Positions 9,358 through 18,748 of a stretch of 64,000 bases of DNA are shown here, one piece after another (position 1 is the stretch's first letter; each line of letters opens with the position of its first letter). The translations under genes were made by a program, and so were the position numbers. The DNA lies in the IMG/VR virus record IMGVR_UViG_3300032294_002877, positions 32,001 to 96,000 of that record, one strand, 5' to 3'. The notes under the pieces are model-generated. The model was not told the origin of the DNA. It did no database searches and worked only from the letters and a program-made list of their open reading frames with translations. The stretch comes from a virus.

Positions 9358-9793
9358 AGCGTATTCTTATTGGAATCCTTGTTGTTTAATCAGATGCTAC
9401 CACTATGCTGCCGCATTTGATGGTAACAAGATGATTTGTTTCACCAAAAACAACCCGATTAAAACCCATACTGGGGCTTATAGAATAGGCGAAGACTTTA
9501 ATTTACCTAAATATAAAGAATTTCCATTCTATCATAGCGAAAGTCGCTTGATTGATAAATTATTGAATAAATACAATTCTATTAATCCTTCTTGGAAGAT
9601 TGTGGTTATGAGAATTAATAGGTGCGGTAAAATTCTTGGAAGCAAACCCTGCATTAACTGTCATAAACTCCTTAATGCTGTAGGATTAAATCAAATATAT
9701 TACAGTACAGATAGTGGATCGTTTGTCAGTCCAAATGCTGATATAATTTATCTTAAACCTTTCAACCAGTTATCTTTTACTAATAATGCTTGA
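9329..9793 (+). CDS. cytidine/dCMP deaminase-like zinc protein
   Basis: HSE and PCINC zinc-deaminase motifs. Confidence 0.75.
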   Translation: MKIIQKTIRKAYSYWNPCCLIRCYHYAAAFDGNKMICFTKNNPIKTHTGAYRIGEDFNLPKYKEFPFYHSESRLIDKLLNKYNSINPSWKIVVMRINRCGKILGSKPCINCHKLLNAVGLNQIYYSTDSGSFVSPNADIIYLKPFNQLSFTNNA

Positions 9794-9825
9794 ATATTAG
9801 AATAAAAAATATTTAGGATTCCGGT

Positions 9826-10383
9826 ATGAAACCTTCCGAACGAATTTATTTGAAATATGATGAGTTAAATTCTATAGAAAAAGATATTCTTGTGAGAAGG
9901 CATATCGAGAGATATTCTATAATAAGACAATGGTGTAAGGGAGTGGTTCTTGATTTTGCTTGCGGTTGTGGCTATGGTTCCTATGTGATTTCTAAAAATC
10001 CAGATGTTTCTTTTGTTTTTGGTTTAGATATAGATAAAGACAGTATTTCTTGGGCGAATGAAAACTACAAAACAGAAAAGATTATTTTTTTTCAACAAAC
10101 ATTAGAAGATTTTAATGAAAAAGTTGATTTACTTGTTTGTTTAGAAACTATCGAACACATTAAAGATAAAAATTTCTTACCTAAACAAGTGAATAGATTA
10201 GGTATCAATAAGATACTTCTGTCTTTTCCTTCAAAAAAAACAACTCACTATAATCCTTATCATTTTCATGATTATAAAACACAAGATGTGTTGGATTTAT
10301 TTTCTGATTTTGAATTGATTGATGAAATTGATCTCAATAGAGAAGTTAAAATTTTAAATTTGCTTCGCAAATTATCTCAATGA
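9826..10383 (+). CDS. class I SAM-dependent methyltransferase
   Basis: VLDFACGCGYG, GLDID, ETIEH. Confidence 0.9.
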   Translation: MKPSERIYLKYDELNSIEKDILVRRHIERYSIIRQWCKGVVLDFACGCGYGSYVISKNPDVSFVFGLDIDKDSISWANENYKTEKIIFFQQTLEDFNEKVDLLVCLETIEHIKDKNFLPKQVNRLGINKILLSFPSKKTTHYNPYHFHDYKTQDVLDLFSDFELIDEIDLNREVKILNLLRKLSQ

Positions 10384-10908
10384 GTTGTATATAGATAGAA
10401 CTTTATCTATGTGTAATGGGTTTTTTGCTATTTTATAGCAATCTTTAACAAACACTCCATCACATATAAGTGAATTTTCCCACACAATACCCTTGCGTAG
10501 TTCCGATGATACAATAAAATTATGAGTGTCTATTGCATAGGGTGTCGGGTATCCTCTGCTTCTAATAGTATTATTTTTTAATGCTTGTAGAAAAGAGATG
10601 AAGTCATGATCGGTTTTATCATGTATATTTTCCCATAGTTCTTTATGTATTGTTGTGTCATCATCATTAAAATAGATATGTCCATTTTCAACTAAACCTA
10701 GGCCAAAATTTCTTTGCTGACTACCGGCCACGCTTCCACTGACTTTATGAGCATATACTTCGGCTATATTTGGAATTGGCACATCTGGTATCTCATTCTT
10801 ATCAAAAACTATTATCCATCTAAAATTTTCTCTTGGTATATTGATTGACTCTTCAATTTTATTTAAATTTTCTGGTCTAGTGCAAGGTGTGATTATGTTT
10901 AAAAACAT
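10372..10908 (-). CDS. GT-A fold glycosyltransferase (GT2-like)
   Basis: IITPCTRPENL, QRNFGL, FNDDD (DxD). Confidence 0.75.
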   Translation of the reverse strand: MFLNIITPCTRPENLNKIEESINIPRENFRWIIVFDKNEIPDVPIPNIAEVYAHKVSGSVAGSQQRNFGLGLVENGHIYFNDDDTTIHKELWENIHDKTDHDFISFLQALKNNTIRSRGYPTPYAIDTHNFIVSSELRKGIVWENSLICDGVFVKDCYKIAKNPLHIDKVLSIYNSLR

Positions 10909-10992
10909 ATATTAAGTACCTAAAATAATTTTTTCAAAGTAAAATACACCAAATAACAGCATTAACAAAGAAGAATTTTTCAAGGATTCGGG

Positions 10993-11020
10993 TTGACAGT
11001 GCCGATAACTATGGTATAAT
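10993..11020 (+). promoter_or_regulatory. sigma70-type promoter with CCGAT in spacer
   Basis: TTGACA-16nt-TATAAT, TG extended -10. Confidence 0.85.
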
Positions 11021-11040
11021 CCGCTCAACGGAGGATACCA

Positions 11041-11259
11041 ATGAACTGCATTTACTGCAAGAATAGTGTTGGCATTGATCGTTATGAGTTTCTTGTTGAA
11101 ACTGGTCGTAAAATTATCTGTAAGGAATGTAGTGTTGAGGATCGTGCCGTAGGATTTATGGACTGGGGACATAAAACTGCTCCTAGTCTTGTTATGGTTC
11201 CGGCTAATGCTACCGAAACTATTCGTAAACTGGATCGTGCAAATAGGAGAGCCAGATGA
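11041..11259 (+). CDS. C4 zinc-finger protein, DksA/TraR-finger-like
   Basis: CIYC...IDRYEFL...CKEC spacing. Confidence 0.55.
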   Translation: MNCIYCKNSVGIDRYEFLVETGRKIICKECSVEDRAVGFMDWGHKTAPSLVMVPANATETIRKLDRANRRAR

Positions 11260-11447
11260 AATATCAAACAAAACTTTTTGAACTTAAAACCAAAAATGGT
11301 TCTAATGAAATTAACGAATGGTTAATGAATAATCCAGATATTACTATTATTTCGGCAGGAACTTTTGCTAACAATACTGGATGGGGATATATTATTCTTT
11401 ATACCAGTGATAAATCTCGCTCTGGTTTTTTTAACAGGAGAACATGA
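11256..11447 (+). CDS. hypothetical protein
   Basis: ORF in operon. Confidence 0.55.
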   Translation: MKYQTKLFELKTKNGSNEINEWLMNNPDITIISAGTFANNTGWGYIILYTSDKSRSGFFNRRT

Positions 11448-11650
11448 TGACTTGGCTTGATCTTTATAGTTATCTTAATGAACGAGCGAATGATATTAAG
11501 AATCCCGGCAGTTTCCCTTGGCAAGAAACTGTAGAAGTATGGGATTGGGAAACATTAGATTATTATCCCACAGATTTTATTCAGATGCCATCGGATGAGA
11601 AGATTTCTCTCTCAGTAGATACTTACCAACCACCGGAGATTACACAATAA
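11444..11650 (+). CDS. hypothetical protein
   Basis: ORF in operon. Confidence 0.6.
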   Translation: MMTWLDLYSYLNERANDIKNPGSFPWQETVEVWDWETLDYYPTDFIQMPSDEKISLSVDTYQPPEITQ

Positions 11651-11895
11651 TGGACTTGGAAATTGAAAGTTTGCTTTTTAAGCAAGTAGAGAAGCCTAAA
11701 AATCATCTGATGACACGCATCATTAATGTGTTTGAGAATAGGTATCGTATCAATGTGTATATTGAAATTGAAGAAGATGGTTTGACCAAGAAAAGGATTC
11801 ATAGTAGTTATTTTGCACACTATAAGCCCGGTGAACTTAAAATTATTCCAGACTGCGATAAAGATTCTGGAGAATCGCTAAAGAAACGCTATTGA
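11650..11895 (+). CDS. hypothetical protein
   Basis: ORF in operon. Confidence 0.65.
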   Translation: MDLEIESLLFKQVEKPKNHLMTRIINVFENRYRINVYIEIEEDGLTKKRIHSSYFAHYKPGELKIIPDCDKDSGESLKKRY

Positions 11896-11919
11896 CAAAA
11901 CCGATTAGAGTGGTATACT
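11892..11919 (+). promoter_or_regulatory. sigma70-type promoter with CCGAT in spacer
   Basis: TTGACA-16nt-TATACT, TG extended -10. Confidence 0.85.
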
Positions 11920-11950
11920 TGAGTCATATCACCAACCAAGGAGAATAACG

Positions 11951-12367
11951 ATGGCTAAAGGCAAGAAAACTTGTGAGAAGTGTGGAACGCAAACCGGCCC
12001 CCGTGCCTATATGTGCAAGAAGTGTAATACTCCTTTTATCTTCAAGGCCAAAAGTAAAGAACACAAGAACACAAAGATTATTAGAGATTTTAATTGGCGT
12101 GAACTAGTCAAGGGTGATCGCATCAGAGTTGCTGGTGGCCCGTATTATGTCAGTAAGGGGGAATTTATCCCTATGGGTTATCGCGGACGATTTGTTGTAG
12201 AAAAGATTGATGAGTTTGGTATTCATGCTTGGGGTCAAGATAAGCATACTGGTTTTGCTCATATTTGGATGGCAGGAGATATGCAAAATAAAGAGACTGG
12301 AGTATGGAAGACTAAGCACAAGATTATGAAACTCAAACCTAAAGAAGTTGTCCATGAGTCTAACTGA
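11951..12367 (+). CDS. zinc-ribbon-containing hypothetical protein
   Basis: CEKCG...CKKCN N-terminus; AAGGAG RBS. Confidence 0.75.
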   Translation: MAKGKKTCEKCGTQTGPRAYMCKKCNTPFIFKAKSKEHKNTKIIRDFNWRELVKGDRIRVAGGPYYVSKGEFIPMGYRGRFVVEKIDEFGIHAWGQDKHTGFAHIWMAGDMQNKETGVWKTKHKIMKLKPKEVVHESN

Positions 12368-12632
12368 AGAACAGAAGAAACAAATAGATAAACTTATTGA
12401 GCACAGGGATGCCATTGTCGATAGTCTGGCAAATATACAGCATATTCTTAAACAATATTTTCCAGAAGAATTTGATTTAGCCTATCAGCACTATATCCCA
12501 CAAATTACCACCGCTTTATACGAAGATAAAAAGTGGCTATCTAGAGGCGGATATAGTATGCAGGACACTATAAATCATTTGACAGATAAATCCAACAACA
12601 ATAAATTTTCAGGTGTAAGTAAATATATCTGA
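12354..12632 (+). CDS. hypothetical protein
   Basis: ORF, ATG 12354. Confidence 0.65.
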   Translation: MSLTEEQKKQIDKLIEHRDAIVDSLANIQHILKQYFPEEFDLAYQHYIPQITTALYEDKKWLSRGGYSMQDTINHLTDKSNNNKFSGVSKYI

Positions 12633-12643
12633 TTGGTGAAATT

Positions 12644-13039
12644 ATGAATGATAAATATGCTATTATGGATTTGGACGGTTATGTTATGGAGATGAGAAGT
12701 GCGGCGGCACTATCTATTGCTCCAGACAATACAGACAATCTAGATGACTATATCACAATATCTCAAATGAAATATTTGGTTAATTCTTGGTGCATTGGAT
12801 ACGATAATCAACAAAGACCCATTTTAGATGAAGAATCTAACCAAAACATTTTTGAAGATGCTAGAATTTGGATCAGTAATGTTGGTTTGGCTAAATTAGC
12901 AGCAGAAGGATGCCTTGAATGTGCATGGGATTCTGATGCTAATGATATGATTTTTTGGCCCCGCAATCAAACGGAGAATCATAATGACAAACCAAAACCT
13001 AAACGAAAAAATAAGAGACCTAAAAGAAAAGATACATGA
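12644..13039 (+). CDS. hypothetical protein
   Basis: ORF. Confidence 0.65.
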   Translation: MNDKYAIMDLDGYVMEMRSAAALSIAPDNTDNLDDYITISQMKYLVNSWCIGYDNQQRPILDEESNQNIFEDARIWISNVGLAKLAAEGCLECAWDSDANDMIFWPRNQTENHNDKPKPKRKNKRPKRKDT

Positions 13040-13148
13040 GTGCAAAGACTACATATCGTCAGATTTTTGTAGAAACTGTGTTGATATGTACAAAAAAATT
13101 GAGCAATATGAACAAGAAATAAAAGATTTGGAAAATGAATGTACTTGA
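12984..13148 (+). CDS. small coiled-coil protein with CxxC (54 aa, absent from ORF track)
   Basis: GGAG RBS; manual translation MTNQNLNEKIRDLKEKIHECK...FCRNCVDM. Confidence 0.55.
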   Translation: MTNQNLNEKIRDLKEKIHECKDYISSDFCRNCVDMYKKIEQYEQEIKDLENECT

Positions 13149-13680
13149 TAGTCTGAAAAATTATAGTATTCCAGATATTACGAAATATTGCTATAGCAAT
13201 AGTATACCAGCAAGTGTTGGAATGGTTAATATTGGTGGAGATTTTAATCTTAGTACGATGGTTCGTAATGCGAACTTTTTTGGATTCAGAAGTGTGCATT
13301 ATGTAGGAAAAAAGAAATGGGATAAAAGAGGTAGTGTTGGAACACATCACTATACTCCTGTTTATCATCATAAAGATGAAGAGTCTTTTATTTTACAATG
13401 CTCTGGTAGGAGTATTATTGCTATTGAGAATAATATTCCAGAGTATGCAAATAAGACTGTTGATCTTTTTGATTACAGGTTTGATAGTAGAGTAGGTCTA
13501 ACTCAACCCATATTCCTTTTCGGAGAAGAAAATAAAGGACTATCAAATTTCATTTTGGATCGGTCTGATGTTATCCTCACTATCCCTAATTATGGCAGTG
13601 TTCGTTCTCTCAATGTTGGAACAACTAGTGGGATCGTTATGAGTATTTTTAGAAATTTTATTGAGCAAAACAAATGCTAG
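13135..13680 (+). CDS. SpoU/TrmH-family (SPOUT) RNA methyltransferase
   Basis: N..GDFNLSTMVRNANFFG, FGEENKGL, IPNYGSVRSLNV. Confidence 0.9.
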   Translation: MNVLDSLKNYSIPDITKYCYSNSIPASVGMVNIGGDFNLSTMVRNANFFGFRSVHYVGKKKWDKRGSVGTHHYTPVYHHKDEESFILQCSGRSIIAIENNIPEYANKTVDLFDYRFDSRVGLTQPIFLFGEENKGLSNFILDRSDVILTIPNYGSVRSLNVGTTSGIVMSIFRNFIEQNKC

Positions 13681-14606
13681 AAAATGCAAAAAGCAAATAT
13701 TGCATCATCTCTGGTCTTGCTGGATTCAATGATTTTTTGAGCACTCTTTTAAGAGGTTGTCAACTAGTAGAATACGGAAGATCAAAAAACATAGATATTA
13801 AACTCATAACTACTTGGATGGGATTTGGAAATATATTTTGGAGTTTTTTTGATTTCACGAACATTATTGATGCGGAATTGAATAATTCGCAATATGTACT
13901 GCAAAATCTTACTTCGTATAAGCCTCATCCACAAAAATATACTTTTAAAGATACTCATATCGAAGTAAACAAAACAAATAATCCTCTTGATATACGATGG
14001 GATCATCTAAATGATTGGGATTATATCGTAGAGTTCTTTAGTGGTCAATGGGATTATCATAGTCTTTTTTTTAAATATCTGAGATTAAACAATGAGTTCA
14101 AAAAAGAACTCAAACATATTCTAGATTTTTTAGACGAATCTAACTATGTATGTGTTAATTTTAGGATGCAAGAAATGATAAAAGTTATCTATGGTAAAGA
14201 AGCAGAGACTCAGTATAGTCTCAAACTTGAAGAATATTCAAATCAAATTATACAACTAGCAGATAAACACAATACCAAAAAAATAGTAATATGTACGGAT
14301 TCAATTGATCTTGTTAACAGATTTAAAGACCATGAGAATATCTTTAGTTTCGGGTATGCAAAAAAACTAATAGATTCAGGTATTGATACTAAATCCATAG
14401 ACAGATTTAGAGGTATACATATGGACTACTATAAAAAAATAAATCTTACCTCCTATGATATTTGTAAGCATACTTTTATAGACTATTTTTTAATGATTAT
14501 GTCAGAAACTTTATATCCCGCCGAGTTTGGTCATTTTGGAAAATCAGCACTAAAATTTCAAAACCACATAAAATCAAACAAAAATATAAAATCTCTTATA
14601 TACTAA
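13674..14606 (+). CDS. putative fucosyltransferase-like glycosyltransferase (GT-B, NodZ/O-FucT-like)
   Basis: GLAGFND start, VCVNFRM, IVICTDS motifs. Confidence 0.55.
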   Translation: MLENAKSKYCIISGLAGFNDFLSTLLRGCQLVEYGRSKNIDIKLITTWMGFGNIFWSFFDFTNIIDAELNNSQYVLQNLTSYKPHPQKYTFKDTHIEVNKTNNPLDIRWDHLNDWDYIVEFFSGQWDYHSLFFKYLRLNNEFKKELKHILDFLDESNYVCVNFRMQEMIKVIYGKEAETQYSLKLEEYSNQIIQLADKHNTKKIVICTDSIDLVNRFKDHENIFSFGYAKKLIDSGIDTKSIDRFRGIHMDYYKKINLTSYDICKHTFIDYFLMIMSETLYPAEFGHFGKSALKFQNHIKSNKNIKSLIY

Positions 14607-14645
14607 AATAAATACAATTTAATCATTCAAATCCTCTCTCAAGTC

Positions 14646-14674
14646 TTGACAGCGACAGGTCGATATAGTAGAAT
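14646..14674 (+). promoter_or_regulatory. sigma70-type promoter for tRNA/tmRNA
   Basis: TTGACA-17nt-TAGAAT, CGAT in spacer. Confidence 0.75.
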
Positions 14675-14691
14675 AGAGAAACGAACAATAC

Positions 14692-14765
14692 GGGGCGTTG
14701 CAGCCGGTAGTTGCACATACTCTTATAAGGTATTCAAAAGGTAGGTTCGACTCCTACACGCCCTA
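14692..14765 (+). tRNA. tRNA-Ile(UAU), atypical D arm and variable region
   Basis: acceptor GGGGCGT/ACGCCCT+A; anticodon stem ATACT/GGTAT with loop CTTATAA; T arm GTAGG-TTCGACT-CCTAC; no encoded CCA. Confidence 0.7.
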
Positions 14766-14785
14766 TTTTCGGTGTAATTAATTTC

Positions 14786-15139
14786 GGGGGTATAATAGAT
14801 TCGACTACATAATGGAGATTATATTAGCAAGTAGTGGTTGATCGACAGGCCACTATAAAAGTCGATTAAACGCTTTAACTGGCGAAACTCAGTTAGCCCT
14901 TGCTGCTTAATTAAATAACAGCAACAATCTTAGGAAGCGATGAAGGTAGCGTCCAAAAGATTGTCGTAAAATCCTTCGGCTCCTGTTAGTGGTGACGGTT
15001 AACAGGCTAAGATGTGTCACTAGGATTGATGACTGTTGTTCATTCTTTAATCAAATCCGAATGTTTATGAATGAACTAAACTTGTAGAAGATATTTTCAA
15101 ATTTATGCTAGGACACGGGTGCAAATCCCGTTACCTCCA
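14786..15139 (+). ncRNA. ssrA: tmRNA; tag peptide (A)GETQLALAA at 14881-14910
   Basis: acceptor GGGGGTA/TACCTCC+A with G3.U70; 5' GATTCGAC; pk1 GTAGTGG/CCACTAT and ATCGAC/GTCGAT; T arm ACGGG-TGCAAAT-CCCGT; tag ends ALAA-stop. Confidence 0.93.
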
Positions 15140-15142
15140 CTT

Positions 15143-15283
15143 ATGAGTTTCTGGAAAAAGGTATTCAAGAAGTATAAGAAAGAAAAGAAACAAGATTTAG
15201 AAAGTCTTGTAGAGGATAAGTATTTTCAAAAATTACAAAAGAAACTGAGCAAACATAACACTAAACATAAAAAGAAAAAATGA
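15143..15283 (+). CDS. small lysine-rich protein (46 aa, absent from ORF track)
   Basis: manual translation; ATGA overlap with vWA gene. Confidence 0.5.
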   Translation: MSFWKKVFKKYKKEKKQDLESLVEDKYFQKLQKKLSKHNTKHKKKK

Positions 15284-17163
15284 TAGATAAAATTAAGGCG
15301 ATATTATCTTCACAAGAGTGTGAGTATTTTAGTATTGCTTTTCTTTATCATTGTATAGTTATAGGTTTGTTAGCCTTTTGTTTTGTTGCTATTGATAGGC
15401 CAGAAAAAGTATTTAGTATTATCATTCAGAATGATGATGTTGTAATTGATACTGAGACTTTTACAGAACCGGAGATCACCAACTTCGATCCTACACAAAC
15501 ATCTTTTGAAGATTCTCCAATCGTTCCGTCTAATGAATCTTCACTATCTGTAGACAATAAAATTGACGTTCCTTCTACTGTGGAATTATCCAATTTGGAA
15601 ATTAGCGAGCCGGATTTTATAGGATCAAACTCTGGAGATATTTTAGCGGGTGTTGGGAAGTTGATCGGCAAAGGAATATCGGCAGAACAAAATACTGGTG
15701 GTGCGTTAGATAGATTAACGGCAGAAATTGTTAGCAATGCGTCCGATAAAAATTTGAATGTGTTATGGCTATTAGACGCCTCAATTAGTTTATCTCATCA
15801 ACGACAAGATATTAGAGAAAGATTCGACAAGATTCTATCCGAGATTAGTTTTAGCCAAAATACAAGTCATACCATTAACCATGGTATTTTTAGTTTTGGT
15901 CTTTCTCATAATAAGTTGTGTGATTTTACTAGCGATGCTAATGTTCTCAAGGACAGTTTTGCATCCATAGTTTTAGATACTTCTGGCACAGAGAATATCT
16001 TTCAAACTATTCTTGAATTATCTAATACTTATGGCAAAAAAGATCCACGATTGATGATCGTGGTTTTCACTGATGAAATAGGTGATGATGTAGATTATCT
16101 AGACAGAGCGGCAGTATCATCCCGTAAAAAAGGAACTATGGTTTATGTTGTAGGAAGCCCAGCACCTTTTGGCAAAAGCAAAACACAATTCAAGTACGTC
16201 GATCCCGATCCTAATTATGATCAAAGCGAAAAGTGGGTAGAGATTCAGCAGGGGCCGGAAACCTTATACCCAATGATTCTAGACATTCATGCCTTACCAA
16301 TTGACGAACAAACACTAGACAGCGGGTATGGGCCGTTTGCTTTGTGTTCATTGTGTTCAGAAACCGGAGGAATATTTTTCAGCGTTCATCCTAACAGATC
16401 GTCATCGGTTCTATCTAAGAAAGATATTAGTCCACTAGCCTCTAACATCTCTAAGTTTTTTGATACTGATGTAATGAGAAGTTACAGCCCAGATTATAGA
16501 TCATTTGCATTACAGGCCAAGGAAAATCAAACCCACAGAATAAAGAACGCTTTAGTACAAGCAGCATCTACGAAACTAGATATTCGTGGAGAACAAACGC
16601 TAAAGTTTAATGCTTTTACAGAAGGGGATTTTGTAAACGAATTAGGCAAAGCACAAAGATTCTCTGCTAAAATAGAACCTAAAATTAATCAGATACTAAC
16701 CACGCTACAGAATACAGAGAAAGAATTTGATACTCTAAAGGACAAAAGATGGAAAGCGTCATATGCTTTGGCTATGGGAAGGATATTAGCCACAAAAACA
16801 AGAATTGAATTTTATAACCAAGTATTAGCAGAAGCAAAAACTGGTCTAAAAAAGAAAGACCAAAAGAGTAATGTTTGGGTATTAAATCATACGGATAAGT
16901 TTGCTACTACTAATAGTCAACTTAATAAAAACTACAAACAAGCACGGTATTATCTAAATTATGTAATTGATACATATCCAGATACTCCTTGGGCCTATAT
17001 TGCTAACGAGGAAATAAAAACTCCTTTTGGATACGAATGGACTGAGAGTTATATTGAGCCACCAAAAATGGGTGGCGGAGGTAATAACAATCCTAATCCT
17101 CCAAAGGATGATACAATCAAAAAATTACAACCTAAACCACAAAGAAAGATAGAAAAAATATGA
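15280..17163 (+). CDS. membrane-anchored von Willebrand factor A domain protein
   Basis: N-terminal TM helix, acidic linker, MIDAS DASIS, VVFTDE. Confidence 0.8.
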   Translation: MIDKIKAILSSQECEYFSIAFLYHCIVIGLLAFCFVAIDRPEKVFSIIIQNDDVVIDTETFTEPEITNFDPTQTSFEDSPIVPSNESSLSVDNKIDVPSTVELSNLEISEPDFIGSNSGDILAGVGKLIGKGISAEQNTGGALDRLTAEIVSNASDKNLNVLWLLDASISLSHQRQDIRERFDKILSEISFSQNTSHTINHGIFSFGLSHNKLCDFTSDANVLKDSFASIVLDTSGTENIFQTILELSNTYGKKDPRLMIVVFTDEIGDDVDYLDRAAVSSRKKGTMVYVVGSPAPFGKSKTQFKYVDPDPNYDQSEKWVEIQQGPETLYPMILDIHALPIDEQTLDSGYGPFALCSLCSETGGIFFSVHPNRSSSVLSKKDISPLASNISKFFDTDVMRSYSPDYRSFALQAKENQTHRIKNALVQAASTKLDIRGEQTLKFNAFTEGDFVNELGKAQRFSAKIEPKINQILTTLQNTEKEFDTLKDKRWKASYALAMGRILATKTRIEFYNQVLAEAKTGLKKKDQKSNVWVLNHTDKFATTNSQLNKNYKQARYYLNYVIDTYPDTPWAYIANEEIKTPFGYEWTESYIEPPKMGGGGNNNPNPPKDDTIKKLQPKPQRKIEKI

Positions 17164-18404
17164 ATCGCAGACATTTCCTTAGCCATCTCGCTGGTGCTGC
17201 CGCATTATCATCTCCAGCAATCGACTTTACTAATACTATTCTAGCAAATGCTAACGATCTTAAAAAGGAACATAAGAGTGCTATTCTTTTGTGGATGGGT
17301 GGTGGCCCAAGCACAATGGATATATGGGATTTAAAGCCCGGTACTCCTACTGGTGGCCCTTTTAAACCTATTAGCACAAGTGCTGACGGTATTCAAATCT
17401 GCGAACATATGCCACTCATGGCAAAACAAATGCATCATATGAATATTGTGCGTAGTATGAGTACCAGAGAAGCAGATCATATGAGAGGTCGCTATTATAT
17501 GCACACAGGATATGTTCCAACACCAACAATTGAACATCCTAGTTATGGTGCTGTCGTTGCTCATGAATTAATTAGCGATGTTCCACAACTAGAAATTCCA
17601 CCATTTATTAGTGTTGGTGGAGGTAGTGTTGGGCCAGGATTTTTAGGTATGACTTATGCTCCTTTCGTTGTTAATTCAAATGGAAATGTTCGTGATTTAA
17701 GTATGGGTGTAGACGATGCTATTCTAAATCAAAGACTACAAATGCTTAGAACAATTGAGGATAGATTCATATCTGAAAAACGAGGATCAACATCAATAGA
17801 CCATGATAAAGTCTTAAACAAGACACTAAAACTTATGACCAGCAAACAAATGGACGCTTTAAAGGTAGCCAAAGAACCAGAAGAAGTTCGTGAGCGTTAT
17901 GGTAATACTGGTTTTGGGCGAGGTTGTCTAATGGCCCGCAGATTAGTAGAGACAGGTGTTCCATTTATCGAGGTTGATTTAGGTGGCTGGGATAATCATG
18001 CTAATATTTTTCCAACATTACAGGACACTAAACTTCCAGAATTAGACAAGGCTATGAGTGCTTTGATTAGTGATCTACATGATCGTGGATTGCTAGAAAC
18101 TACTGCTATTATATGGATGGGTGAATTTAGTCGCACACCAAATATTAATGGCAATACTGGTCGTGATCATTGGGCTAGAAGTTGGAGTGTAGTCGTTGGT
18201 GGTGCTGGTTTTAATAAGGGTATTGTTGTTGGCGAAACAAGCAGCGACGGTAAAGAAGTAATCACCGAACCATATAGTTCACAAGACTTAATGGCTAGTG
18301 TTTTAAAATCCTTAGATATTTCACTGGAAACAACATTTACCTCAAAAAATGGTCGTCCAATGAAGATAGCAAATTCCGGCAAAGTTATCAAAGAATTATT
18401 CTGA
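17160..18404 (+). CDS. DUF1501 protein with Tat signal
   Basis: MNRRHFL; LWMGGGPSTMDIWDLKP; GGWDNH; GEFSRTP; GRDHW. Confidence 0.92.
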   Translation: MNRRHFLSHLAGAAALSSPAIDFTNTILANANDLKKEHKSAILLWMGGGPSTMDIWDLKPGTPTGGPFKPISTSADGIQICEHMPLMAKQMHHMNIVRSMSTREADHMRGRYYMHTGYVPTPTIEHPSYGAVVAHELISDVPQLEIPPFISVGGGSVGPGFLGMTYAPFVVNSNGNVRDLSMGVDDAILNQRLQMLRTIEDRFISEKRGSTSIDHDKVLNKTLKLMTSKQMDALKVAKEPEEVRERYGNTGFGRGCLMARRLVETGVPFIEVDLGGWDNHANIFPTLQDTKLPELDKAMSALISDLHDRGLLETTAIIWMGEFSRTPNINGNTGRDHWARSWSVVVGGAGFNKGIVVGETSSDGKEVITEPYSSQDLMASVLKSLDISLETTFTSKNGRPMKIANSGKVIKELF

Positions 18405-18748
18405 TGAGAAAAATTTGTTCGTACTGTGGTAAAAGAAAGAATAACAAGTCTTTCCCTAAACATAGTATGTATAAAGATAATCTTGATAGCAGATGTAGGG
18501 ATTGTGTTAGACAACAATCAAGAGTAAGATTCTCTTTACATAAAAAAGCACCAGATAAACCAGAATTATGTGAATGTTGTAAAAAGAAACCATTAAAATG
18601 GTGTCTTGATCATGATCATTCTAATAATAGTTTTAGAGGATGGATTTGTGAAAGATGTAATACTGGATTAGGTAAACTGGGAGATAATTTAGAAGGTATA
18701 GTTAATGCTATGAACTACTTATTATCGAGAAAAAATGATCCTAATTAA
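18404..18748 (+). CDS. recombination endonuclease VII-like (His-Me finger) nuclease
   Basis: CECC...LDHDH...RGWICERCNTGLG..GD. Confidence 0.88.
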   Translation: MRKICSYCGKRKNNKSFPKHSMYKDNLDSRCRDCVRQQSRVRFSLHKKAPDKPELCECCKKKPLKWCLDHDHSNNSFRGWICERCNTGLGKLGDNLEGIVNAMNYLLSRKNDPN

